A stretch of 64,000 nt of DNA from a virus, in IMG/VR virus record IMGVR_UViG_3300008255_000114, positions 39,174 through 103,173 of that record. The stretch is one strand, 5' to 3'. How positions within the stretch are numbered: the first letter of the stretch is position 1; each line of letters opens with the position of its first letter. This document shows, piece after piece, positions 10,166 through 19,388 of the stretch. Made by a program: the position numbers and the translations under genes. The notes beneath the pieces were generated by a model that saw nothing but the letters and a program-made list of their open reading frames with translations, was not told where the DNA came from and searched no databases.

Positions 10166-10954
10166 ATGAATCAGGAACGCCATGTTAACCGTAAAGGGAA
10201 GAGAAATAAAGCTAAAGTAGTTGATGATCGTTGGGAGAAAAAGAAAGAGGTTGGTCGTGTTATTAGTGATAAATTTATGGAGGAGCGCACACCACCCCCT
10301 ATTGTTGCTAAGAATGCAAAACAGAAACACTACTTTGATATATTAGATAACTGTAATGTAATAGTGGCAGAGGGACTCTTTGGTACTGGTAAATCATTCT
10401 GCGCTGCAGTGACGGCTGCCGATAAACTACGTAAAGGAGAGATTGATAAAATTATTGTTGCTAGGGCTTATGTACAGACAGGTAAGACTGCTGGTTTTAG
10501 ACCCGGGTCTACTTTAGAGAAACTATTCCCTTATGTACGTAATATCTTGGATACAGTTAAAAATCGTATGGGTGACGGTGCGTACACCAATGCACTAAAA
10601 GATGGGTTAACTGGCCAAATTGAAGTACAGGCTTTGGAGGATATCCGTGGAAGGAGTTTTGATGAACCGTGTATGTTAATCATCGAAGAGGCGCAGCAAT
10701 GTTCCCCAGAAGAGATGCTAAGTATTATCACCCGTATTTCAGATAACTGTACCTTGGTTATTAGTGGAGATGACAGTCAAAAAGATACTAGAGGTGAGTC
10801 TGGACTTGGTTGGTTTGTGAAGTTCTCTAAGAAACATAAACTTTCTGGTGTAGGTTATGTAAACTTTGATAAGCCAGAGGATATCGTGAGAGGTGGTTTC
10901 GTAAGAGAGGTAGCTTTTGCTCTAGCTAAAGATAAAGGTATGCAAGGGTTTTAA
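10166..10954 (+). CDS. phoH: PhoH family ATPase
   Basis: G.FGTGKS, GFRPG...EK, IRGRSF, IIEEAQ, GDDSQ.D and DIVR motifs. Confidence 0.93.
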   Translation: MNQERHVNRKGKRNKAKVVDDRWEKKKEVGRVISDKFMEERTPPPIVAKNAKQKHYFDILDNCNVIVAEGLFGTGKSFCAAVTAADKLRKGEIDKIIVARAYVQTGKTAGFRPGSTLEKLFPYVRNILDTVKNRMGDGAYTNALKDGLTGQIEVQALEDIRGRSFDEPCMLIIEEAQQCSPEEMLSIITRISDNCTLVISGDDSQKDTRGESGLGWFVKFSKKHKLSGVGYVNFDKPEDIVRGGFVREVAFALAKDKGMQGF

Positions 10955-11003
10955 ATTATACCAACACACACATGGATGTGTTTTAATCTAAGGAGGTTAC
11001 AAT

Positions 11004-11828
11004 TTGAAAAATAATCAACTATTTTTATCGGCACCATCAGTGCAGGTTACGCCCATGTCATCTTATATTGAAATTTCAATTGACCGTGACATTACCTCCC
11101 CAGAGGATTTCCGTGAGGAAATAGGTGCTATACGTTCAGCAAAAGAAGGGGATGTAGTACTTATTACCCTAAACTGTGGTGGTGGGCAGATTGATACCGC
11201 TATGGCAATCATCGCAGCAATGAATCAATGTCCAGCACATATCATATGTGAGGCTGTGGGTACCGTAGCTTCTGCAGCTACATTAATATTCTTAAATGGT
11301 CACGAATACCGTGTCAATGATGGTATTGAGTGGATGCAACATACAGCATCATATTCTTATGGTGGTAAGGCTAATAATATTGCAGAGTTTGTGACATTTC
11401 AACAAAAGATTGTACGTAATATGGTAGAGAAGAGTTATAAACATTTCCTTACTGATGATGAAATTGAGAAACTATTGGCGGGTGCAGACTATTGGATGGA
11501 TAGTGAGGATGTATGCACTCGCCTAGAAGCTCGTGCTGCAGCCATGTCACCAGAAGAGGAAGCACCAGAAATTACTCGTGAACAACTCCAATCATGGTCT
11601 CATGAACGTTTAGTAAGTTTCATTTATGATGAGGATTATACCGACGAATCTTGGGAGTGTACACACGAAAAGTTAGAGGAAACATCAGTTGATGCAGGTA
11701 TTGATACTACCACCAACACATTAATCAATGAACTGAAACAGGTAGCCGATGACCTTAATATCAAATACCCACATAATATTAAGTTGGAAACATTACGAAG
11801 TAAAATATTAAAATTTATTGAAGATTAG
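11004..11828 (+). CDS. ClpP-like protease
   Basis: LNCGGG, VASAAT (Ser), WMQH (His) and DYWM (Asp). Confidence 0.8.
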   Translation: MKNNQLFLSAPSVQVTPMSSYIEISIDRDITSPEDFREEIGAIRSAKEGDVVLITLNCGGGQIDTAMAIIAAMNQCPAHIICEAVGTVASAATLIFLNGHEYRVNDGIEWMQHTASYSYGGKANNIAEFVTFQQKIVRNMVEKSYKHFLTDDEIEKLLAGADYWMDSEDVCTRLEARAAAMSPEEEAPEITREQLQSWSHERLVSFIYDEDYTDESWECTHEKLEETSVDAGIDTTTNTLINELKQVADDLNIKYPHNIKLETLRSKILKFIED

Positions 11829-11913
11829 TGTTGCAAAGTTAAATAGTTTACCATATACTAATCCTATTCCAGAAATGGTGTAGGATTTTATTTTATGAGG
11901 AGGTATTGTTAAT

Positions 11914-12414
11914 ATGAATGAATTTAAAGTTGGTAATTGTGTTGGGTTACCTAAGACTGGTTACAATACATGGGAAGAGTTTTACAATTCTCAACATATA
12001 CTATGTGAAACTGATATAGCTAGAGGTTATTATTGGTGTAATAATGGTAGTCCCTCTATAGACCTAAGTAATTGTATTCACCACATTGTCCATCTAAACT
12101 ACCGTAATCGTTGTCAGACTCTTAAAGGTAAAGTAACTCAACCTTGTAACTGGAATAGGTTTGTTGAGAAGTATACCACTAAACCTCCATTTGAACGACC
12201 ATGTAATGATGGCATTACTGTGAGTTGTTATATTATGTTCAAAGGAATTACCCAACGTATTGAGGGTGAATACTGGAAAGGTCAGGTTTACTTCTTTGGT
12301 ATGAATAATGTGTTTTATAAGACTAAAGTTTATGTGACAGAAGAGGGTTATCTAACTGGATTACATATGTACGGTCTTAGTGATAAACAGAAACGTAATT
12401 CTACTAAGTTTTAA
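11914..12414 (+). CDS. hypothetical protein
   Basis: GAGGAGG RBS; promoter and hairpin upstream (11831-11890). Confidence 0.65.
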   Translation: MNEFKVGNCVGLPKTGYNTWEEFYNSQHILCETDIARGYYWCNNGSPSIDLSNCIHHIVHLNYRNRCQTLKGKVTQPCNWNRFVEKYTTKPPFERPCNDGITVSCYIMFKGITQRIEGEYWKGQVYFFGMNNVFYKTKVYVTEEGYLTGLHMYGLSDKQKRNSTKF

Positions 12415-12423
12415 GGGGGTTTA

Positions 12424-12996
12424 ATGTACAATATTGATAGGTTAATATATCTGTGTGAGCTGGCTATATCCAGTGAGATTGACCCACCAAAACACTTATA
12501 TAAACAAGTAGATGATTTCAATAAGGAGGTGGATACAAGACTACATAACATTAAGGAGACATTAAAACACTTACTGGTGAACGAGAGTACTTTACCTGAC
12601 ATAAATAAATTACTATCTAGGTTTGGAGCAGAAATAATTGAAAGTAATTATTGGGGTGTTAGATATACATTATCTATTTCAGATTCTACAGAAGATATTG
12701 TGAGAGAGGTGTATAAATACTACCACCTAGAGTCTGATTATACTGATAATAATCTCCGTAGAGTGGTGTGTGAGGTTCTTAGAGGATCTGAGAGTATTAT
12801 GTTACCAAGTAAACTTTACCCTACTGGTGGTGTCTGTGGGCGTGATACTGCAAGTGTTAGGGTATTCATAACCAAGCTAAAGAATAATAAATTCTTAGGC
12901 GCAGATACTGTATCTCACATACCAGATGAAGTTACTACGGTTTTATTAAGACTTAAGGAGTTTATAAATGGACGTGAAAACTTTACATTCATTTGA
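12424..12996 (+). CDS. hypothetical protein
   Basis: ORF in operon. Confidence 0.6.
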   Translation: MYNIDRLIYLCELAISSEIDPPKHLYKQVDDFNKEVDTRLHNIKETLKHLLVNESTLPDINKLLSRFGAEIIESNYWGVRYTLSISDSTEDIVREVYKYYHLESDYTDNNLRRVVCEVLRGSESIMLPSKLYPTGGVCGRDTASVRVFITKLKNNKFLGADTVSHIPDEVTTVLLRLKEFINGRENFTFI

Positions 12997-13219
12997 TGAA
13001 GTGTTACACTATGGTTCTCTTGGTGAAGTTGAGATTATTACAGGAGAGGCTTGGTCATACTTAGAGGATTTAATTGAGAAGTATTTAGATGAAAATACTC
13101 CTGAAGGTGACACAGAGTTAGATTCAGCTTATGATAGTGGATTAAATGATGTGTACCATGAAGGAAGATCAGATGGTTATGAAGAATGTTTATGTAAATA
13201 TGGGATAGAGGAGGATTAA
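12968..13219 (+). CDS. hypothetical acidic protein
   Basis: AAGGAG RBS; abuts the ligase gene. Confidence 0.6.
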   Translation: MDVKTLHSFDEVLHYGSLGEVEIITGEAWSYLEDLIEKYLDENTPEGDTELDSAYDSGLNDVYHEGRSDGYEECLCKYGIEED

Positions 13220-14140
13220 ATGAGTAAAGTTTTCAAACCACACCTTGCTACCGATGTTGATGTAAGTAAGTTGGTATTTCCATTGTGGGTACAGTATAAA
13301 GTTGACGGTGTTCGCATGTTAGTACGTGATAATGTAGCAACTGGGCGTAGCATGAAGAAGTATAAAAATACTACTATGACAGAATATTTTAGTCAGCTAT
13401 GTTTTGAGGGGTTTGATATGGAGGTTGGAGTTACTTCCCCTAACGACCCAGATTTGTGTAGATTAACTACATCTCTAGTTAATACAATTAAAGGCGGCTT
13501 ACCTAAATTCGTTGTGGTGTTTGATTATCTAACCAAGCAAAACTTAGAAGGTAATGTCGGTTACAGAAAGCGTATGGAGGCATTACAACATCACCTAGAT
13601 AATACAGTATTTACTGATGGTGTAGAGTTAATTTTTAGTAAGCAGTACCAAGTTAATTCTATCGAGGAGTTAGAAGTCTTCTATTCCGAGGCTTTGTCAC
13701 TTAATTATGAAGGGGTTATTATCCGCAAGCAAGATGGTGAGCATAAGTCTGGTCGTGCCACAGTAACCGAAGGAAGTTACTTGAGATTGAAACCAACTGG
13801 TGATAGTGAAGGTGTTGTACTGCGCTTAGAGGAGGCATACGAGAACTTAAATGAAGCTAAGGTTAATGAGCTAGGACACACTGAACGTTCCACTCACAAA
13901 GCTAACATGGTACCTAAAGGTATGATTGGTGCATTGTGGTTAAGGGATATCCATTCAGGAAAAGAAGTTAAAGTTGGTGCAGGAAAATTAACTCACGAAC
14001 AACGTAAATTATACTTCGAACAGCCAGAGTTGATACTTGGAGATTTAGTTAAGTATGCGTTCTTAGCTACTGGTGAAAAAGATGCACCACGTCATCCACG
14101 TTATATTTCACATCGTGCTTGGGAAGATATTAGCAAATAA
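13220..14140 (+). CDS. ATP-dependent DNA ligase
   Basis: KVDGVR (motif I), FDMEV, VFDY, YEGVIIR, RLKP, VGAG and PRHPRY. Confidence 0.92.
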   Translation: MSKVFKPHLATDVDVSKLVFPLWVQYKVDGVRMLVRDNVATGRSMKKYKNTTMTEYFSQLCFEGFDMEVGVTSPNDPDLCRLTTSLVNTIKGGLPKFVVVFDYLTKQNLEGNVGYRKRMEALQHHLDNTVFTDGVELIFSKQYQVNSIEELEVFYSEALSLNYEGVIIRKQDGEHKSGRATVTEGSYLRLKPTGDSEGVVLRLEEAYENLNEAKVNELGHTERSTHKANMVPKGMIGALWLRDIHSGKEVKVGAGKLTHEQRKLYFEQPELILGDLVKYAFLATGEKDAPRHPRYISHRAWEDISK

Positions 14141-14151
14141 GGAGTAGTCAA

Positions 14152-14313
14152 ATGGAATTTAGTAGTATCCAAGAAATGTGTTACACAAACTCACCATACA
14201 CAGGTGCACTGTCTTGTGGGTTAGAAGATTTATGTGATAATTATGAAACTATACAAGAATTCTGCTTGACAGAGGAAATAGACTTCGCTATAATCGTTAG
14301 TAATTTAAGTTAA
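14152..14313 (+). CDS. small hypothetical protein (53 aa, not in ORF track)
   Basis: AAGGAG RBS, ATG start, in-frame TAA. Confidence 0.45.
   Translation: MEFSSIQEMCYTNSPYTGALSCGLEDLCDNYETIQEFCLTEEIDFAIIVSNLS
14267..14295 (+). promoter_or_regulatory. consensus sigma70 promoter
   Basis: TTGACA-N17-TATAAT. Confidence 0.8.
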
Positions 14314-14326
14314 TAGGAGAAATAAT

Positions 14327-15013
14327 ATGAAGGTTAAACCGTTTTGTATTAACATTGAAGGTATGTCAAATCAACAAGTGGATGATATTCTAAATAAATC
14401 TCTTGCTGCAGGTGGTAATTTTTCAGAAGGTATAGAGGTCAGAAGACTCTATAAATACTTTGGACTTGATCATAATTTAGATACTTATTTCTGGAATATT
14501 GCAGAAACTTATGCAGAAGAAGATGAGGATGTAATTGAGTTAAGATTTGACCAACTTGACGAATATTTAGGTTTAACTAAATCTACACAAAAGGAAACAA
14601 TTATGACAAGTGAAATTAATGATATGAAAAATACTGCTATCTTACCCGAAGGCTTAGATGAAGATACTATTCAAGCTTATATTAAAATGTGTGGTGATTG
14701 TGGTTGTGATGTTACTGGTTTTACTGATAGAGACTCTTTTTCAGAGGATAAATACTTAGAGTGCTGTGATATTGGCAATGGTTTAAAATTATATGGGAGT
14801 GATTGTCTAGAACCAACTACAAGACCTATCAATATAGAGAAAAACACTACCTATACAGTTACCTTACCAGAACGTAAAACTGTAACCTTATTCGGCACTG
14901 AGTACTACGAGGATATGCTTGCACCAATGTTGTCTGCAATGGAAGATGCTAAGGTTCCTGATATTACCCCTAGTGCTGGCTCAGGAACACCGCCCATTAA
15001 AAAGAGTCTGTAG
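14327..15013 (+). CDS. hypothetical protein
   Basis: AGGAG RBS; appears to be two related domains. Confidence 0.7.
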   Translation: MKVKPFCINIEGMSNQQVDDILNKSLAAGGNFSEGIEVRRLYKYFGLDHNLDTYFWNIAETYAEEDEDVIELRFDQLDEYLGLTKSTQKETIMTSEINDMKNTAILPEGLDEDTIQAYIKMCGDCGCDVTGFTDRDSFSEDKYLECCDIGNGLKLYGSDCLEPTTRPINIEKNTTYTVTLPERKTVTLFGTEYYEDMLAPMLSAMEDAKVPDITPSAGSGTPPIKKSL

Positions 15014-15507
15014 TGTTCTTTGTCTTGCCATTAGAGAACTGGGCTATAATTTATAAAATATTAATGATTGTGACTATTGTATTTCACCCTAATATTATGT
15101 TTCGTAAGTTTGCACTTTGGTTCTCTATTAGTTGGATGATTACAGGATTCTTTAAGGAGTATTACCTTACTGGAGGTGCTTGGTTTATGATGCAATCTGT
15201 TCATGAGCTTATCACGATACTCGTAGTAGGTAGATTACTTAAAGATAACCCATTGGTTAAGTATATAATTACAATACAAGCAGTGGGCTTCCTATGGCTT
15301 AATATACTACAATTTCAAACTATAACAAATTGGTTTATGCCTCCAGTTGATTATATTTGGTGGAATATGATAGGTTTTGAGTTGATACTGTTATCGTTGT
15401 GGTTTAACGAAGAAGTATTACTCAGCATCAAGAAGCAGTGGACATTTGAGAATGTCACAATGGTATACATTATAGGTTGGATAATTTATCTGGCTGGAAA
15501 CTATTAA
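15013..15507 (+). CDS. multi-pass membrane protein
   Basis: about five hydrophobic segments; start overlaps the upstream stop. Confidence 0.6.
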   Translation: MFFVLPLENWAIIYKILMIVTIVFHPNIMFRKFALWFSISWMITGFFKEYYLTGGAWFMMQSVHELITILVVGRLLKDNPLVKYIITIQAVGFLWLNILQFQTITNWFMPPVDYIWWNMIGFELILLSLWFNEEVLLSIKKQWTFENVTMVYIIGWIIYLAGNY

Positions 15508-15524
15508 TATTGGAGGGTACTGTT

Positions 15525-16043
15525 ATGAAAAGTTTGTTAAGTGTTGTACTACTATTTATGTCATTTGGTTCACATGCCGAATATATTCTACAGGATGTGG
15601 ACGAAACTACCACTACTTACATTTGTAGTGACCAAGTTAAACCTAATAGTACTATTATTGTACTAAGTAATGGTGGTTTGCTAAGAGAGGCTTATAATAT
15701 TGGTATTTGTCTTAGGGATAAGAATATCAAACTGAAGGTTATGAAAGCCTACTCTGCAGCACCATACATGGTATTGTTCAGCAACGATGTTTGTATGTAC
15801 CCAAGCACTGACATTGGTGCGCATACTCCATCAACTGAGAAAGGTGCTGCCAGCTTATCAGAAGTCCGTGATGTACTTAAAGCTGTTGCTGGTACACTTA
15901 TTAATGATGCTGGTATTGAACAACGTGTGGCACTTGAGATGATTGCATATATGATTGTTACACCATATGATGGTATGGGTATGATACCATTCAATGAATA
16001 CACTCGTATGTTGGGTGATAAATATAAAGGTGTCTGTAAGTAA
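15525..16043 (+). CDS. exported protein, possible ClpP/crotonase-like fold
   Basis: GGAGG RBS before ATG 15525; signal peptide MKSLLSVVLLFMSFGSHA; LSNGG, AYSAA and GAH motifs. Confidence 0.55.
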   Translation: MKSLLSVVLLFMSFGSHAEYILQDVDETTTTYICSDQVKPNSTIIVLSNGGLLREAYNIGICLRDKNIKLKVMKAYSAAPYMVLFSNDVCMYPSTDIGAHTPSTEKGAASLSEVRDVLKAVAGTLINDAGIEQRVALEMIAYMIVTPYDGMGMIPFNEYTRMLGDKYKGVCK

Positions 16044-16117
16044 TAAAGTGTTTGACATTATAAACCACAGGGACTATTATGTTTCTGTGGTTTAATTATT
16101 TTAGGAGGTTTATATTT

Positions 16118-16324
16118 ATGAAACGTTTAATGCTTACAAGTTATAACAGAGTTTTAGATGAAACTAAGGTTTCTGGTCCATATCCTGCAAATGGTTTACT
16201 TGGTTGGTTAAAGAAAGCCCGTACTAATAGTGCTTTGGGTTATTTAGTGTGGGAAACACGAGACCTTACTCCAGAAGAAGAATTGAAACCTACTGGAACT
16301 TATATTCTACAGGGAGCGGATTAA
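16118..16324 (+). CDS. hypothetical protein
   Basis: AGGAGG RBS; upstream TTGACA-N17-TATTAT promoter overlapped by an inverted repeat. Confidence 0.6.
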   Translation: MKRLMLTSYNRVLDETKVSGPYPANGLLGWLKKARTNSALGYLVWETRDLTPEEELKPTGTYILQGAD

Positions 16325-16325
16325 T

Positions 16326-16637
16326 ATGAGTAGATTAAACTTTGATATACCAAACACTACTTTTGCTAACAAGGGTTTGATAGATAATTTAGAATTACGT
16401 CCTTATGATAAGATATCCTTTAGTCTTAGTGACCAATTTAATGCTTTGCTTGACAAAGAGTTCTTCAGGTACTTAAAACACAATAACCTTACAGTAGAAA
16501 CGCTAGTTAAGGAAGATTATACGTTACTGAACTATATGTCTGCAAACAAGACTGAACTCGCATACAAAGGTGAGGTAGTGTTTAGTGTGCAGATTGACCC
16601 TAACTTTTCTATGATAACACGGAGATATTATGAGTAA
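16326..16637 (+). CDS. hypothetical protein
   Basis: ORF in operon. Confidence 0.6.
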   Translation: MSRLNFDIPNTTFANKGLIDNLELRPYDKISFSLSDQFNALLDKEFFRYLKHNNLTVETLVKEDYTLLNYMSANKTELAYKGEVVFSVQIDPNFSMITRRYYE

Positions 16638-16944
16638 AATTCCTAGACATATCCACTGGCAGTCTTACTTTGTTGGCATGAAAGTATACAACCCTAAGAG
16701 AGATGAATTTAACACTATCAATGATATTTCAGATGATGGTACCAGTATTACTGTTGGATCTGAAACATACCCTTGGGGTAATAGGTTGTATCATAGTAGA
16801 GAAGATTATATTATACACAAACGATGCACTGATAAGAGTCTTGATATCTACCACGCATTCTTTTGTGGAAGTATTCCAAAACATGTCACTGAAGATGACT
16901 TAGATAAAATATTAGATATTATCAATAAAAGTATTGACGGGTAA
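16630..16944 (+). CDS. hypothetical protein
   Basis: GGAG RBS; overlaps the upstream stop. Confidence 0.6.
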   Translation: MSKIPRHIHWQSYFVGMKVYNPKRDEFNTINDISDDGTSITVGSETYPWGNRLYHSREDYIIHKRCTDKSLDIYHAFFCGSIPKHVTEDDLDKILDIINKSIDG

Positions 16945-16994
16945 TATTCAGTAGGTTAACATGACTGCAGTTAATAATTAGAGAGGATTTAAAT

Positions 16995-17702
16995 ATGAAA
17001 GTGGTATTATATAGACGTTTGAGTAAAGAGGACAGAACTAAGAACCAACATGGTTTTGACTCACAACTTGCAGATATCAACTACTATTTAAATTCTCTAA
17101 AGTCTTATGAAATTGTAGGCGACTTCTATGAGTTTATATCTGGTGCTGCAGAAGTTAAACCAGAGTTAGATAAAGCTATGGAAATTTGTAAGAATACTGG
17201 AGCTACTTTGGTAATCCAGAAGTTAGACCGATTAAGCCGTAGGGTTTCACAGATTGCACTATACATGGAAAGTAATGTTAAGTTTAAAGTTGCTTCTATT
17301 CCTAATGCTGATAACTTCCAATTACACTTATATGCTGCTATGGCTGAACAAGAAAGATTTATGATCCGTGACCGTGTTAAGCGCGGTTGTGCTGCAGCTA
17401 AAGCTAAAGGTATTAGTAGTGGTAGGGCATCACCTAACTATGGTAAGAACTCTGGCAATGGTGATAAGAATATTGCCGAAGTGTTAGATAAACGTAGACA
17501 ATCTTCAATTGAGGCTACATCTTATGTGGTACCAGAAGTTAAGAAGGCTATCAAGTATCTAGGTAAACGTCCAACACAGGCTAAGGTAGTTGCCTTCCTG
17601 AATGATATGGAAGTATATAATCCTAAAGGTAAGATGTGGACACAAAGTAGCTTACAACGAGTTATAGATAAGCATAATATAAATATTTATGGAGGATGTT
17701 AG
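16995..17702 (+). CDS. serine recombinase (resolvase/invertase family)
   Basis: YRRLS (catalytic Ser), Q, E.ISG...PEL, KLDRLSR and AEQER.MIRDR..G; C-terminal GKMWT HTH. Confidence 0.9.
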   Translation: MKVVLYRRLSKEDRTKNQHGFDSQLADINYYLNSLKSYEIVGDFYEFISGAAEVKPELDKAMEICKNTGATLVIQKLDRLSRRVSQIALYMESNVKFKVASIPNADNFQLHLYAAMAEQERFMIRDRVKRGCAAAKAKGISSGRASPNYGKNSGNGDKNIAEVLDKRRQSSIEATSYVVPEVKKAIKYLGKRPTQAKVVAFLNDMEVYNPKGKMWTQSSLQRVIDKHNINIYGGC

Positions 17703-17703
17703 T

Positions 17704-18666
17704 ATGAAAAAGTTATATTCACAGGAAACACAGGCTTTTAAATTTACACATGAAGATGGTAGTGAAACATCAATTAAGCTGTCACCATCAGGAAGTTTTG
17801 ATAGTAGCAATTTAGACAGAACTAAACCTATTGTAGAAGACAAAGCCAAATACAGTATTATTATCTCTTGTTCTAAGGGTTGTCAGATGGCATGTAATTT
17901 CTGCCATTTAACTAAACTTAAAATGAAGTTTGAACCTCTTACTGAAAAACAAGTATTTGATAATATAATGTCATCTATTCGAGAAGTGCATAAGAGTCGC
18001 CCAGACATATCTAATAAGTACATTAAACTGTGTTGGATGGGTATGGGAGAAGCTATTCTACAACCTGAAACTGTACGTACTGTAAGTATCCTAGTGTTGA
18101 ACACGGTACTAGAGGAAGGATTAGCTATTGGTGTAGATGGGGTGGATATATCCACAGTGATGCCAAAGACAACCAGTAAGTGGAAAGCTGTGTTTTCAAA
18201 CTTGAATGAAAGCTTATACGGTTATAATCTAAATCCTAGTAATATGGTTGGTGAAAGAACTCCACTTAGATTATTTTATTCTTTGCATCACTATAGTCAG
18301 GTTGAGCGAGATATTATTATTCCTAACACTAGAAGTATAGATAGCACTTTGAATATTCTTACATGTTTCCGTGACACTACTAAAATTAACGTGGTACTTC
18401 ACTATATGTTCATGGAAGGAGTGAATGACTCTGAAGAAGATGTGGTTGGATTGGTTGACTGGTTCAATAGTAATGATGATTATTATGACACCCAGTTTAG
18501 AGTACTTCGTTATAACAGTTTTAATACTGTAGATGCAGAGTCATGTAAGATGAACTTAATCGTTAAATATTTAGAAGAAAATATGAAAGTTAAACAACTT
18601 AAAATTCAGTATTCATCTGGTGAGGATATTTCATCAGCTTGTGGTCAATTTATTGGAGTGAATTAA
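17704..18666 (+). CDS. RlmN/Cfr-like class A radical SAM methyltransferase
   Basis: GCQMACNFC (CxxxCxxC), WMGMGE, IST, YSLH, GVND and GEDISSACGQ. Confidence 0.85.
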   Translation: MKKLYSQETQAFKFTHEDGSETSIKLSPSGSFDSSNLDRTKPIVEDKAKYSIIISCSKGCQMACNFCHLTKLKMKFEPLTEKQVFDNIMSSIREVHKSRPDISNKYIKLCWMGMGEAILQPETVRTVSILVLNTVLEEGLAIGVDGVDISTVMPKTTSKWKAVFSNLNESLYGYNLNPSNMVGERTPLRLFYSLHHYSQVERDIIIPNTRSIDSTLNILTCFRDTTKINVVLHYMFMEGVNDSEEDVVGLVDWFNSNDDYYDTQFRVLRYNSFNTVDAESCKMNLIVKYLEENMKVKQLKIQYSSGEDISSACGQFIGVN

Positions 18667-19319
18667 TGAGGAGTAGAAACAGGCTGGTATGTGGTGTTGG
18701 TATAAATGACGCCAGTTACCGCCAAGAAATTAGAGAAAGATATATAGACACTGCAGGTATTAAAAGGTCTAAGCTAATATGGCAATGCCCTTATCACCTA
18801 AAATGGCACAACATCTTAATAAGGTGCTACTCTAGTAAATATCAAAATGAGAAAACAACCTATAAAGGTTGTACTGTGTGTGATGATTGGTTAGTTTTCA
18901 GTAATTTTAAGTCTTGGATGGAGAAACAAAACTGGGAAGGCAAGCACTTAGATAAGGACTTTTTAATTAAGGGCAACAAGCTATACTCGCCAGATACCTG
19001 TATTTTTGTTGATGGGGCTTTGAATTGCTTCTTAACTCTCAACGGCGCGGTAAGAGGAGAATACCCTGTAGGTGTGTCACTATATAAGGTCAATGGTAAA
19101 TACCGCAGTGGTATATGCATAGATGGTAAATGTACACACTTGGGGTACTATCTAACCTCTTTAGAAGCTCATTTAGTGTGGCAAAAAGCTAAACTTAAAC
19201 AAGCAGAGGTTTTACTACTTAGGTATACAGAAGATAAGTTGGTAAGTATGGGTCTTAGTAGGGTAATTCTAAACTTGAAGGATGACATACTAAATCTCAA
19301 GGAAACAGAAACTCTTTAG
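18666..19319 (+). CDS. putative HNH-type homing endonuclease
   Basis: GVGIND, W.NILIRCY and LDKDFLIKGNKLYSPDTC; ATG overlaps the upstream TAA. Confidence 0.75.
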   Translation: MRSRNRLVCGVGINDASYRQEIRERYIDTAGIKRSKLIWQCPYHLKWHNILIRCYSSKYQNEKTTYKGCTVCDDWLVFSNFKSWMEKQNWEGKHLDKDFLIKGNKLYSPDTCIFVDGALNCFLTLNGAVRGEYPVGVSLYKVNGKYRSGICIDGKCTHLGYYLTSLEAHLVWQKAKLKQAEVLLLRYTEDKLVSMGLSRVILNLKDDILNLKETETL

Positions 19320-19388
19320 GTAATTATATTGACATACAAAACTAACCTGATATTATACGTATAACTTATTTGATGGAGGAAAACATTC

